Shown here one piece after another: positions 12,421 to 25,595 of a stretch of 64,000 bases of DNA (its first letter is position 1; every line of letters starts with the position of its first letter). The notes beneath the pieces are model-generated. The model was not told where the DNA came from. It ran no database searches and saw only the letters and a program-made list of their open reading frames with translations. Source of the stretch: Vicugna vicugna (taxonomy: Eukaryota); assembly GCA_013265495.1 (NCBI GenBank), contig PNXW01004639.1:1-64000 (forward strand). Reading direction: 5' to 3'. The translations under genes were made by a program, and so were the position numbers.

Positions 12421-15400
12421 CTCAGTCGTGTCCCCCATTGCTCTTTAGTTGTTTTCCACAGCTGTCCTGGTGCTTGAGCGTGCAGTGTCCCCAGGGGCAG
12501 AAATTTGTTCTCTGCTTGTTTGTGTATCTCCTGGCAAGAAGTCATAGCAGGAGCAGGACAACATCTTTTATTCTTGTGTCACTTTGTTTTAGTGAACAAA
12601 AATAAAATGCTTAGTAAAAAACATGGCCCTGAACAAATATTCGTTGATTTGTGAGCAGGATTTTTTTTTCAGCTTAATAACTAGAACATTTGACATATAC
12701 TGCACCCCTGGAGAGCAAAGTCTTTTGAAAGAAATGGAGCCACCAGTGTACTAATTTGATTGTATGGATTCTGTAAGATCACAATGAATTGTAATGGGTG
12801 GAAAAAACCATCTCAAGAAAGTCACTTCAGATACCTTTCGGGAAATAGTCAAGATAGAAGTAAACTTTTTAAAAACAAACTTGATAATCCTGGCACAAAA
12901 TGTGCAGTTATTAAATATTCATTGAGTGGATAAAATGATCAAGCCTGCTTTTACTGGACATGTATCCCTGTAACATCAAAATATTAGCTAAAATTTGGGG
13001 GAAATGAACTCTCTGATTGAATGTTCCTGTGTCTTTTGGTTTTGGGACCCTGCTGTCTGTCTAGCCTGACAAACCGAAGGATCTTAGTTTTCTTAAGAGA
13101 GCAAAGTTTATGTGATTAATTTTCTCTCGTTTCAGTGTCATGTCTCTAGAGTGGTGGGTTCATAGGTGGTGCTGATTGTCAGGTGCTCAAAACTCCATGA
13201 GGAAAACATGGCTGTAGGGTTGAGCTTACACAGTTATGGATTTACTGAGAAATACACTGGTTTCAGGAAACAAGAGTAAGAAGTAACTAATCATCCATTT
13301 ACAGGACACCAAGAGGAACACCTGTCCCCTGTCTCCAGTCTGAGCTTGTTTTTATAGACTCTTCCCCATCTGATTCTCTGCTCAGTGTCCTTAAACTTAA
13401 ACAAAACTTTATTCCTTGAGCTGATTGGGTTTAATCTATAATTATCTATGCATACATTTTCATTTTTCGTTTTCTCCTATCTCAAATGTCTTGCAGAGGA
13501 GGGACACAGAGAGGGCTAATGTTTCACAATCAAAAATTGTTATTAGGGTGTTTTGCTCGACGTAGAGTTGTTCTTTTCCAAGGAAAAAAATTTTCTCCAT
13601 CAATGTGAGGAACAGAAATCATGATATATTTCTAAATGAATTCATATAGTGAGGGCCAAGTTTGTGCTAGCTACAACAACTTACACTGGGTAACAATTTG
13701 ATGCATAATACACATAATTCCTAAAACAAGGAAATGAAAATAATTTTAGCTAAATAAGAAGCTGTATGATACCCTACTGCCAAAGTCTAACAATGGTACA
13801 GTAGAGAGGAGAAAGTTAATTCGATAGCAGAGGGGGAAAATGTGATGTAGAATGGAGTAGTTGGTTTGGCTGAGGAAGGAAAATGTGAGCTCAGCCTTGG
13901 ATTTGAACATGGGAGCTGAGGTATAAGACATGGCAGGTGGAGGTTGACATCATGAAGAAAGATAAGGAGGAATAAACTGTCATGCCTGATTGAGGAGCAG
14001 TTTGTAAACTTACAGTGTTTTCATTCTGCAGTGTCTGTAATTTCAAAAAGAAGCAAAGGATATATAATTTTAAATTCACATACATGTAGGTCATAAATAC
14101 GCTTTGATAATTTTACTTATTTAAAATGTTCCTCTTTGATCTCATTCACTGCTTTATAAATTTTACTTAGAATCTCTCACTTACAAAAATTTTGTCCACC
14201 ATCTATTTTCCCTGATGTATTAATACAAAAATGTTTAGTGCTGCATTATTTCATGTAGTCCCTTCTTGGGAGCATTCTGACAATCTCTCAGCTAAAGCTG
14301 AATTTAGCGTGACTTTCAATATGACATATTGTCTCATACTCTTTATTCCTAAGTATACTTCTACATATGTTATTTTAATTGAATTTACATTAATGTTAGA
14401 TGAAGAGAAAAATAAAGACAATAACGAAGAAACCTTTAGAAATGAGCAGTTATCATGGCCTATGAATAAGTTACTAAAATCTCAGTGTGGGCCTCAGCTA
14501 CCCATTGAAGGCTGCACATTCTGTTGAAGGAATGACAGAAAACAAACATTATTTTGACTGCCTGAATACACTTTATTTTACAATGAATTAGAGTCAGATA
14601 TCTTTATTAGAGCTGTAGGAGAGAAAGATCCTGAGATTGGAGAAGACTATTTCTAAAAAACAGATTTTTCTTCTCTTAAATATTTTGCTCATCTACTACA
14701 AAAGATCCTGGAAAGGTGCCAATCTTAGATAAAATCTTAAAGCTTTGATACAAGAAGAGAATGGATTCTGACAATCACCAGTTTGATAGTGTATGTAATA
14801 ATGAAAATGGAAAAAAAGGGAAAAAAAAAGTAAGAACTGAAAGCATGCCTCTTAACTAGAAAAATTAAGAAGAAATTTTATAAAATTAATTTAGCATAAG
14901 AGTCCAAACTTGTATTAACTTTAAAATTCATGACTACCACAACGGTGCACATTTTCAAAGCAAGCCCTCAGAAACCCTTCAAAGTCCACAGTCTGTGGGG
15001 AATTATCTCGCAAAATCGAATTTTTAGAGATGTGTCCTTAAAGCGTGCCTGTGAATAATCACTTTTTAAAAGCCTTCCAAGATTTCAGAGGAAAGGAAAT
15101 TTTTACTATTGGAAAATTATGTTTCTTAGAGTTTGTTTTAGTAAAAGCAGCAGTAAGTATTATTCAATCCCTTTTCTAAGGAATTTTGGCAAAATTCTAC
15201 AGATATGTTTCTGTGATTTAATGGTAGTACTCAGCTGAAGTGTTTTTCTTTTACTTCAGTGCTTATTGTTACTGAAATTTATTATAAATCCCAAACAATT
15301 TATTTTTATTAAAGAAACAAAACTGAGTGTTCAGACTTTATAGATATTTGAGTTGTATCTATCAAGTGACAACAATCAATGAAAAGTAAAATTTTTACTA

Positions 15401-17274
15401 AAATGTGTTTTTAGTATTTCTTTATCTCTACCAGGAGACATATAAATGGTGTGAATTATTTTCATGCTTTTTAAAATTTGTTTCAAAAGCTGAATTCCTG
15501 TGAATTATATAAGGACATGCAGCAACAAAGCTCCACCGGTTGACACATGGAGGTGGTACAGTCTGAGGGTCCTTCCTGCAGAGGGACACACATTGGTGTG
15601 GCTTTGTGTGCTGAGGGTGACTAGGCTGGGACATACGAAAGGACAGCAGAACACTTGGAAGTGAAGATGCTGAAACAGCAGTGCCATCAGGTCAACTTTT
15701 CCATCTGGCTCAATTTGGCAACCATGTGTATCTCTCTGTTTTGCCAGAATATGACTAAAAATTAAACATAAAAATTTTTGGAGCTAAATCTTGGGCAGTC
15801 GAGAGTGATCTTAGAAGGGGAGGACACGATATATTTCTAATTAACGTAAACTCACTATTGGTTAAGATTTTGTTTCCAAAGCTTTATAAAAACACTTGAT
15901 TTGGCTGTTGCTAAGGGATTTGTAAATTCAATAATATCTACAATCATAAGCAAATACCTTGTTTATAATAAAATAGTGTAAGACAGTAGACACCGTATGT
16001 TGTCATACTTTTGGCACATTATCACTAAGATGACTTTATTAATTTTTTCAAAAGAATGTGTATAAAAATTCTGTTAGCCTGAAACCATATTTATAATCCA
16101 CAAGCTGAAGGAAAAATGTTTAGCTCTGTTATTTCTAAACAATATATTAGAATTGATTGGCTTTCAATTCTTAATCAACTTACTATTTAATATTCTTCTA
16201 CCTTGGTCGATTTATACCTCACAACATAAAAAATGATGATATTGGGGGCATTGACGGTCTTGAGAAGAGATCTATAGCCATAAATTCTGTGTAAAGCCAG
16301 TATAAATTTTAGGAATTTTATCATCTGTAAAAATTGCAACTTTTTGCCTATACTTCCACGTGGGGACCTTATAAATTAACTATGCACTTAGCAATACAGT
16401 GCTCTAAATGAGTAATCGAGAATTTATTTCTTGCTTAAATTACCCTATCATTAGTGTAAGCTTCCTTTATGCATGAGCTAACTAGCCCTCAATAAACCAA
16501 GGAGCTACGGTTTCTGAAAAATATATACTAAGCCCATTTTAAATAAACAGATTTAAGGGGAAAGGGCAATATTTCTACCCCCTTTTCTACCTTTACTTGT
16601 AAAAGCAAAAGACTTCCAGTGCATCTTTCCTGGACTTCTGTTACTTATTCCCCCAAAGCAGGAGGGCTACTGATCTGATTCATCAGAACTTGAGTGACTA
16701 AGTCACAGTTATTAGTGGTCTGAATCAGTTTACACATACAAAGGAGCCTCCATAAAATTACCAGATTTCTCAGCAGAAACTCTGCAAACCAGAAGGGATT
16801 AGGATGACATATTTAAAGTGTTGAAAGGAAAAAACCTGTCAACCATGAATACTGTATATGGCAAGTCATCCTTTAATAATGAAGGAAAAAATTAAGGCTT
16901 TCTGAGATAAACAGTAGTGGAGTGATTTCATTACCACTAGACCTGTTCTACAAGAAATGCTAAAGTGATCCCATCAAAAGTAAAATGAAAAGATGATAAA
17001 CAGAAATGTGAAGCTGTATGTAAATATATTTCTCCAGTAAAGGTAAATAAGGGACAAATACACTAATCCATACTAGCATAACTTTGGTGCATATAATTTA
17101 AATGACAAAAACATTTTTATAAAGTATAAATCTATGTTAATGATCACAGTATACAAATATAGAATTTGATATCAATGCTGTAAACTGTGTGGATGAGTGG
17201 AGCTGTAAAGGAATGGTTTTTGTGTGCAATTGAACTGAAGTTGTTATTAGTCTAAAACAGAATGTTGCAACCTT

Positions 17275-17594
17275 TCAGGGGATTTCTCTTGTTCTTTTAA
17301 TTGAGAACGGTTTCTCTGCTTCATCTTGCTCATATGTCTCTGGTACTGTGGCTTATGGAGTATCAGTTATCTATTGTGGTTCTTAAAGGAGTTTATTTAT
17401 TTATCTATTCAATGCCTAAGTAGGAATAAAACAGATTTTTGGCGCCTTTGTCTTTTGAAGAGGACAGTGTTCTATCAGAGTTCCGCAGGTGCTCTGGTTG
17501 GCTGAGTGGGTCCGTAGATGTGAGTCTTGGTGTATCTGTGGGAGAGGGTGAGCTACGTGCGACCTACTACTCCACCATCTTGGCCTCCTCCCCT
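17275..17594 (-). mobile_element. L1 5'-end/ORF1-start retrocopy (putative spliced, 3'-truncated L1) with 16-bp TSD
   Basis: Minus strand starts GGGGAGGAGGCCAAGATGG, an L1 5' terminus with a YY1-type site. It ends in ORF1-like MSKMKQRNRSQLKEQEKSPE (ATG at 17333). TSD agaatgttg(c/t)aacctt at 17259-17274 and 17595-17610. Confidence 0.85.
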
Positions 17595-17855
17595 AGAATG
17601 TTGTAACCTTAAGATATTTAATGTAGTTGCAATGGTAACCACAAAGGAAGTATCTATAGAATATACGCAACAGGAAATGAGAAAAAAAACTCAATGAAAT
17701 ACAAAGTAAGGCAGTAAGAGCAGAAAGGAGGGACCAAATAGCTACAAGAAATGCAGAAAACAGTTAATAAAATGTCAATAGTGAGTCCTTCCCTATCAGT
17801 AATTACTTTTAATGTAAATAGTTTAACTCACCAATCAAAAGCCATAGGTTGGCTG

Positions 17856-18290
17856 CCTGTAAAAACCGACAATATGATGCCATTTGCAGCAACATGGATG
17901 TTCCTGGAGAATGTCATTCTAAGTGAAGTAAGCTAGGCAGAGAAAGAAAAATACCATATGAGATTGCTCATATGTGGAATCTAAAACAAACAAACAAAAT
18001 ATAAATACAAAACAGAAACAGACTCATAGACATAGAATACAAACTTGTGGTTGCCAAGGGAGTGGGGGATGGGAAGGGATAGACTGGGATTTCAAAATGT
18101 AGAATAGATAAACAAGATTATACTGTATAGCCCAGGGAAATATATACAAGATCTTATGGTAGCTCACACAGAAAAAAATGTGACAATGAATATATATATA
18201 TGTTTATGTATAACTGAAAAATTGTGCTCTATACTGGAATTTGACACAACATTGTAAAATGATTATAAATCAATAAAAAATGTTAAAAAA
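17856..18290 (+). mobile_element. 5'-truncated lineage-specific (camelid-type) L1 3' end
   Basis: Encodes MMPFAATWMFLENVILSEVS (ORF2 C-terminus). 3' UTR ends 'gaatttgacacaacattgtaaaatgattataaatcaataaaaaatgttaaaaaa'. Degenerate TSD 17837-17855 / 18289-18307 (3 mismatches in 19). Confidence 0.9.
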
Positions 18291-20172
18291 AAGACATGGA
18301 TTGGCTGAATAGATTAAAAAACAGCATTTAACTATATGCTGTTGATAAGAGACTCATTTTAGATCTAGATTGAAAGTGGAAAAATGGAAAAAGATACTCC
18401 ATGCAAATGGTAACCAAGAGAGCAGAGGCGGCTATGCTAATATCAGACAAAGTAGACTTTAAATCAAAAGGTTTTATAAGAGACAAAGAAGGACATTATA
18501 TAATGATAAAATTGTCAGTTCACAAAAAGATATAACTGTTGTAAATATTTATGCACCAAACCTCAGAGCTGCTACATATATGATACAAATTTGGACAAAA
18601 TTGAAAAGAAGAGTAGACTGAAACATGATAATAGTGGGAGACTTCAATGTCCTACTTTCAATAATGGACTAACAACCACAGGGGACTTGAACAACACTAT
18701 CAATCATTTGGACTTAACAGATATATACAGAACACTTCAGTCAACAACAGCAGAAAATATATTCTTCACAAATGCAGATGGTTTATTCTCCATAATAGAC
18801 CATGAGTTAGGCCACAAAATAAGCCTTAACAAATGCAGGAAAATTGAAATCATGGAAAATATCTTTTCTGCACAATGGAATAAAATTAGAAATTAATAAC
18901 CTAAAGAAAACCGGAAAATTTACAAATATGTTGAAATTAAACAACCAGTAAGTCAAAGAGGTTGTAAGGAAAATTAGAAAACACCTTGAGACAAGTGTAA
19001 ATGAAAACACAAAAAACCAAAACTTACAGGTTTCAGTGAAGGCATTGCTAAAAGGGAAGGTTATAGTTGTGAATGCATACACTAAAAAAGAAAATCTCAA
19101 AAAAAAAAAACCAACCAAAAACCTAACTTTATATTTCAAGAAATTAGAAAGAAGAAAAAAATTAAACTCAAAGTTAGCCAAAGGAAGGAAATAATGAAGA
19201 CTACATCAGAGATAAATAAATATAAAAATGTAGAAAAAATTTACAAAACTATGAATTTTTTTAAGATAAACAAAATTGACAAACCCTTAGCTAGATTAAG
19301 AAAAAAAGATGTAAGACTCAAATAACTAAAATCAGAAATGAAAGGTAGGATATTACAACTGATGCCACATAAATATAAAGGATTATAAGAGACTACTATG
19401 AATATTGTACTCCAACAAACTGAATAACGTAAAGAAATAAACAAATTCCTAGAAACACACAATCTACCAAGACTAACTCATGAAAAAATAGGAAATCTGA
19501 ATAGACAAGTAACAAGTTAAAGATTGAATCAGTAATCAGAAACATCTCCACAAAGAAAAGTCCTGGAGCAGATGGCTTCACTGGAGAATTCTGCTAAACA
19601 TTTAAAGAAGAATTTACACTAACCCTCCTGAAACTCTTCCAAAGAATAGAAGAGGAGGGAACACTTCCCAGATCATTCTTTGAGGCCAGCATTACCCTAT
19701 TACCAAAACTAGACAAAGATACCACAAAAAAAGAAAACTATAGACCAATGTCCCTATTGAATATTAATGCAAAATCTTCAACAAAATACTAGCAAACAGA
19801 ATTCAACAGGCCATTAAAAGAATTATATACCATGATCAGGTAGAATTTATTCTTGGAATGCAAAGATGGTTTGACATGAAAATCAATCATTGTGATCAAT
19901 TGTATTAATAGAATGAAGGATAAAAATCATATGATCCTCTCAATAGACAGAGAAAAAGCATTTGACAGGCTCAGTAGCCTTTCATAATTAAAACGAAAAA
20001 CTGAAACAGAAAGAAACTGCCTAAATATAATAAAAACTATTTATGCAAATTCCACAGCTAATGTCATACTCAATGGTGAAATACCTGAGGTTTTCCTCAA
20101 AAATCAAGGCAAGAATGTCCATTCTTGCCACTTCTATTGATAGGAGATTAGAAGTCCTAGCCAGAGCAATTA

Positions 20173-20372
20173 GGAGGGTATGGCTCACGTGGTAGAGCTC
20201 CTGCTTAGCATATACAAGGTGCTGGGTTCAGTCCCCAGTACCACCTCCAAAAACAAACAAACAAACAAATAAACCTCATTACCTCCCCCCACCAAAAAAA
20301 CTCAAAAAATATAAATAAATAAAGTCACCTAGAAAATGTAAAGAAAAAACAAGTTAAAAATAAATAAATAAC
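20173..20372 (+). mobile_element. Vic-1-type camelid tRNA-derived SINE
   Basis: A-box-like 'tggctcacgtggtagag' and B-box-like 'gggttcagtcccc', then 'taaacctcattacctcccccc' and an A-rich tail. Inserted in L1 ORF2. Confidence 0.88.
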
Positions 20373-21187
20373 GTCAAAATAATAAAAAGAATCCAAATTT
20401 GAAGTGAAGAAGTAAATTATCTGTGTTCTCAGATGACATAATATTACATGTAGAAAATGCTAAAGATTATATCCACATGCAAAACTGTTAGAACCAATTA
20501 ACAAATTCAGCAAAGTTGCAAGATACAAAATCAACATACAAAAATCAGTTGTATTTCTATAGGCTAACGACAAACTCTCCTAGAAAGAAATTGAGAAAAC
20601 AACCCCATTTACAACAGCATCAGTAAGAATAAAATACTTAGGAATAAAGTTACAAAGCTACCGTAATCAAAACAATGTTGTATGGACATAAAGACAAATA
20701 GACTAATGGAATAGAAGAGAGAGACCAGAAGTAAATCTTTGTGTATGTGACCAAATGATCGTTGTCATGGGTGCCAAGACCACTCAGTGGGGGAAGGAGA
20801 GCCTCCTCAACAGATTGTGTTGGGGAAGCTGGATATTCACGTGCAAAAGACTGCAGTTAGACGCTAATCTTTTTCCATAAACAAACTTTAACTCGAAATG
20901 GATTAAAGACAGAAATTTGAGACCTAAAAGTCTAAAATTCCTAGGAGAAAACATAGGGGGAAATCTTTATGACATTGGACTTGGCAGTGATTTCTTGGAT
21001 ATGACATCAAAGCCTCAGGCAACAAAAGCAAAAATAGAATAATGGGATTACATCAAACTTAAGAACTTTGGTGTATCATAGGATATAATCAATAGAGTAA
21101 AAGGCAACCTATAGAATGGGAGAAAACCTTTGCAAGCCATGTATCTGACATGACACTCATATCTAGAATATATAAAGAAATCCTAAA

Positions 21188-21260
21188 ACTGACTCACTGT
21201 GCTGTCCACCAGAAATTAACACAGCATTGTAAACCGACTGTATTAAAAAAGAGAGAGAGA
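21188..21260 (+). mobile_element. Very short cetartiodactyl-type L1 3' tip
   Basis: 'actgactcactgtgctgtccaccagaaattaacacagcattgtaaaccgactgtatt' followed by an A/(AG)n tail. Confidence 0.75.
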
Positions 21261-21637
21261 AAATTCCCCAACCAGACGAAACTAGTGAAGCCATGTAAAC
21301 CCGAGCTCCATCCAGCTTAGTAAGTAAAATTTAATTTAGGTTATTTCTTGTAAATGCTTCTAATAATCATAAACGGAACTTAAGTTGTCCTCCTACAACG
21401 GTAGAAAATAATCACCTTTAACCAATCCCCTGCTGTTTGGAAACTCGCGTCGTAATAGGCACCAATCTTGGTGAAGGTTAAACAGCCTTATCCTTTTCTC
21501 TGTGTAAGCTGTCTTGTACGGTCAAGCCTCTGAGCCTCAGACCACTCGGGGGTTTGCAGTGTCCCTGTTCGAGAACAGTTTGTTTCTTGCTCAAACTGTT
21601 TATATCAAGTAAAGCTTTCCGAGTTTTTCTTTTGACA
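21261..21637 (+). mobile_element. ERV1-like solo LTR, apparently 5'-truncated
   Basis: CCAAT motifs, a poly(A)-signal-like 'agtaaa', a U5-like 'ttgtttcttgctcaaa' segment and a terminal 'tttgaca'. Confidence 0.6.
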
Positions 21638-22149
21638 CTTAGATAGTAGTTAAAAACAATATTTGTATTGTTTGCTGTTTCTCTTTTGCAGCTTTTGGGG
21701 GGAAGCATTTTAAAATAAAATTAAAGTGTGCTGTAAGAAATGAACACAGAGTAACTCAACAGTGCAGATAGAAAAATGAAACAGTAACAGTTTGAATGGG
21801 GAACACAACACAGTTATTGAAAACATGAAATTGCCTTGTGGATCTGTGTGCCTTGGAACACTGAGGAAAAGTAATGTTACTGGCTTTACGACTTCAAGAA
21901 GGGCATGGAACCAGTAAAGCTCCCTTACAGCCGTGTTTCCGTTCTGAGGTCACGCTGCACTTGCAGAAAGGGGAAATATCTTTTGATCATTCCTCTTCGT
22001 AGTTTGTACTATAATTTTCTAATTTATACAGAAATGGTTGTTTTAAAACATATACTATTTTATTCTCTTCATTGTAATATCTGAAAGTTGCAATACAGCC
22101 TTTGGGCAAAGTCAATTAGATTTTTTTTTCAAGTCACATAAACATTTCT

Positions 22150-23533
22150 TGCCCTTTGCCTGTCCTTCAAACCTATTCCATTTCCACTTTTCCCTTAAAA
22201 GTAGGAACTTACCTACCACTGAACCAGTCGTTTTGGCTGGGATCATCCAGCCACATGAGATCGTCCTGGATTTGTCTTCCTTCTCCTTAAATCCCACATC
22301 GTATCTTTCAACAAATCCTACGGTTCTAACTCCAAAACACATCTCAAGTCAATCTAATTCTTTCTGTCTTCACAACCACCCCTTGGATTGTTCCGTCATT
22401 ATCTCTTGCCTGAAATACTGTGATGGTTTCTGGATGCAGGTTCCTGAGCAGAAACACATGGGACATTCGAGCTCGGTAATTGGAGAGGATTTTTAAAAGG
22501 GGTTATTTGCAAAGCTGTTGGCAGGGGTTATGCGAAGGCAACACGGGGTGGTGGAGTGGAGTGCTCCAAGAGCAGTCACAAGGGGGCAAATGTTGAAAAG
22601 GGTTGTCAGCGCCTGGGCAGAGAGCTGAGTGATGACGACCATAGGGCGGCTACTTTAGGTGTGGCACACTAGCTGAGAATAAGCCCGGAGAATAAATGCC
22701 TTGATATTACTTTCTCCGTCTCTCTCATGTCCTGCCCATGATCCCCGCTGGCCAAACAGAGCTGGAAGCCACAGGCAAAGGGGTGCTGCCGGGCTGCAGT
22801 CCATGTAGCCAGGTCCCCGGGCTCAGGAGAGCGTGGGGCACAGTGGAGAATGGATCTATTTGGATCAACAGAAATACATCCCCACGATCTCCTGTCTGAC
22901 TGCTGATTTCTACTCTTAGTCCCCATCCTTTTAGCATCTAGAGAGATCTAATTCAAGGACAAAGTGGATTTTCCCTGTCCTCTGCTTGAAAGCCATCACC
23001 CCCTCTGACCCAACTTAAAATCCAGAACTCTTAGCATCCTACAAGGCCCAAGATAGCGTGGCTCACACCGCCCTCCCCAGCCTCGCTTCAGTTCACTTCC
23101 TCTTATGCTCACCCCGTGGAAGTCACCTCGTCCTCCTTTGGTTTGCTCTGACACAGCAAGTTCTTTTCCACCTGTCTGAACCCTCCACCCTACAACCTTT
23201 CTCTTACTCTGCGCATAGCTGAATCGTTCTTAAAGTTTCCACTTCGATGCAGAGCCCCCACCAAAATTACTTGCCTGATTATTTTATCTTATGTAGGTCC
23301 AAGCATCCCTCTTCATCACTCTCTATCATATTCTGTTTACTAAATTGTTTCTAGACCAATTGCTCGCTATTTTGTCTGTATGCTCATTTATTCTCTCTCA
23401 CTCTAAACTCTGTGTAGTTGGGGATCGTGGGTTCCTTATCACTGTTACAGCATTACGTCCTGGCTCGACCCTGACATACAGTTGGGAACCAAAAATACAA
23501 TTAAATTAATAAGTAAGTGAGTAAATGAATGGT
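22150..23533 (+). mobile_element. L2 LINE 3' portion, interrupted by an LTR33-like element
   Basis: 'cccacatcgtatctttcaacaaatcctacggttctaactccaaaacacatctc', 'attatctcttgcctgaaatactg', ending in a (TRAR)n-type tail 'taagtaagtgagtaaatgaatgg'. Confidence 0.8.
22428..22886 (-). mobile_element. LTR33-like ERVL solo LTR nested in L2
   Basis: 'ggtaattggagaggatt...ggttatttgcaaag', 'ctggccaaacagagctggaagccacaggcaaaggg...tgcagtccatg', 'ggagaatggatct'. Confidence 0.7.
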
Positions 23534-25595
23534 TGCACATTTTTTTTCAAAGTTTCTGGTAACAGCTAGTGAGCTGATCTGCTACCAAATACCTGGCTTA
23601 GAAGGATTCTAGATTTGTAAACTTGACCTCATGAGCGCCACCCACCAAATGACTGAGGTTCGTGGTTTGGAGTTCCTGCAAAAGAAATACTCTCATAGCT
23701 TAGCCACAAACTCCCTTGTCCCCCTTGCTGTGGGAGTAAAAGAAGGCAGGAACAATGTAAGGGATGAAGGTCAGACTCCTTGGAGCTGCAAAGGATACGG
23801 TGATGTGTCTTGTGTGCTGATGGTTCATTTAACGCATCACCTCCTCCCACTGAAAAAAAGAGACAGAGAAGGATTTGCAGTCTTTACAGCTGGCACACCT
23901 TCTCCTCATCCTTTAAACTGTCAGCCCCAAAGAGCAGCCATTTCCTTACAGATTTATGACTTGTAACCTCCATCCTCTTCAGCTGTGGAAGAATGGGCTA
24001 GTCATAGTTTCTAGAGAATTTAAAGCCTGTTCAATATTTTATTCAATATTTTAGCAATGCTCTGCAGCCCAGGGTCTTCTAGGGATTATCAAAGATACAA
24101 TAGAAAAGCACTGTTAATTACAAGCTTCCTGGGGGCGACAACTTGTTCTATGGCTGACACACGGAATGCTGATGGTGCAAGCAAGATATTATCAGCAGTG
24201 GCGAGGTTATAGGACCCCATATTTCAAAGGACACAGTCAGTCTCTAGCAAGTGAGAGAAGCACCTGTAACAATGACTAAGCGTCCGTTTAGGGATAAAAG
24301 CCTTTCGTCATGATTGTAGAAGGTGATCACGCTCGCCTTCCAGCAGGTGTAGTTTCTTCTCTGTCTCTTTGTGTGTGTCCCCTTCTGTGTCTCTCTCTTT
24401 GTCCTCTGTCTCCCTCCTTTCTTTCTTTTTTTTTTTTTCGGAACAGTATCTTCTAAAAACCAAACACACAAATAAGCAAAAAAACAAACCCTTTGTGACT
24501 ACACAGGTCATGGAATGTATCATATGACTCACACTGAGCTATTAGGTTGTCTTTTGACTTAGTTGAAAAGTTGGAAAGGTTTTTATGTTTTCTTGTTCTT
24601 AAAAACTTCCCCAAATCATTATGTTTTAGAGTTGCTGGAGGACTCAGTGATGAGCCATTCAGAAGGTGAAACCAAAGCAAACCAAAGCAAAACTCCTGGC
24701 CAGTTATATGACACCCTCGGATGCGCAGACTGGGCAGTGAAAGCTCTTCTCCAGCTTTTTAATGCTGTTAATTGGTTCCAGAGAAAGACTGACTGTACAC
24801 ACACACAGTCAGCCGACCACATATTACAGACCCAAGCCAGCGAACAGATTCAAAGCAATTACAGCTACAGAGCCATCAACTTTACACCATCTATTTCTGA
24901 CGTAAGAGTTTTTAAAAATTCATATGTAGAACAGAAGTGTTTCCATTTACAAAATTCAGTTCATGACTGAATGGAACCCTTGCATAGAAGAAAGAGCTTA
25001 AAGTAACAGCTTGTATCATATTTGTCCTCACTTCCATTAATGTTCTGAGATAACTTTCCTGCAGTAAATACTGAAGGAAATTAATAGCATTCTTGCAAGG
25101 AATCTGATACAGCATCTAGAAAGGAGAATTAATGAGAATATTTTATTTCTATAATTAACCAAAATGTAAGTTCTGAAAAGGTATTTCTTTTTCCACCCCC
25201 AAATTTTGGCAACTATAAATAAATGAGCAAAGAACATTCCTTCATTATTACTCTTTTTGTTGGTAAAGGTGGGAGAAGTGATTGAAGCCAAATTCCCCAA
25301 GTGACTTAAGAAGATAATATTTTGTTAAGGCATTGAAAGGTCCGTTATGAAAGTTATGAAGGTTATGAAAGTGTCCATTTTGATTTTTTAAAACAAATCA
25401 TACATCTAATAGTTGATGTAGAAAAGTAATCTCATTACCTAGTTTATACAGATCAATAAGGAAAAATGCATTGGTTACTTTGACTGAAAGCCTCTGTTTT
25501 GTAAGCCAGGAAACACCTAAGGTGTGCCATGTATCAGTTATGTTTATAAGCTAACCAGGGTCAAGAACTTTGAGGATATGAGATCTTAAACTAAT

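Larger units (their letters stand above)
16745..21190 (+). mobile_element. Decayed L1 (L1MA/MB-age): ORF1 C-terminus, inter-ORF and ORF2 (EN and RT), interrupted by three younger insertions; 3' end missing
   Basis: EN peptide DLNNTINHLDLTDIYRTL...FSIIDHELGHK in ORF 18591-18896. RT-region motifs [14 protein letters not shown] (~19732), SIDREKAFD (~19938), FSDDIILHVEN (~20425), IKYLGI (~20630). Many frameshifts and stops. Confidence 0.95.

Noticed and set aside
18591..19581. ORFs in the L1 ORF2 region as functional CDS
   Set aside because: They are fragments of a frameshifted L1 or its antisense shadows.
20173..20250. tRNA-like sequence (also ~58800-58875)
   Set aside because: SINE head with tail, and TSD in the second copy; not a tRNA gene.
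24563..24970. 135-aa ORF or possible exon (ttttag|AGTTGC...GAAG|gtgaaa)
   Set aside because: No recognisable homology, weak splice sites and no partner exons.
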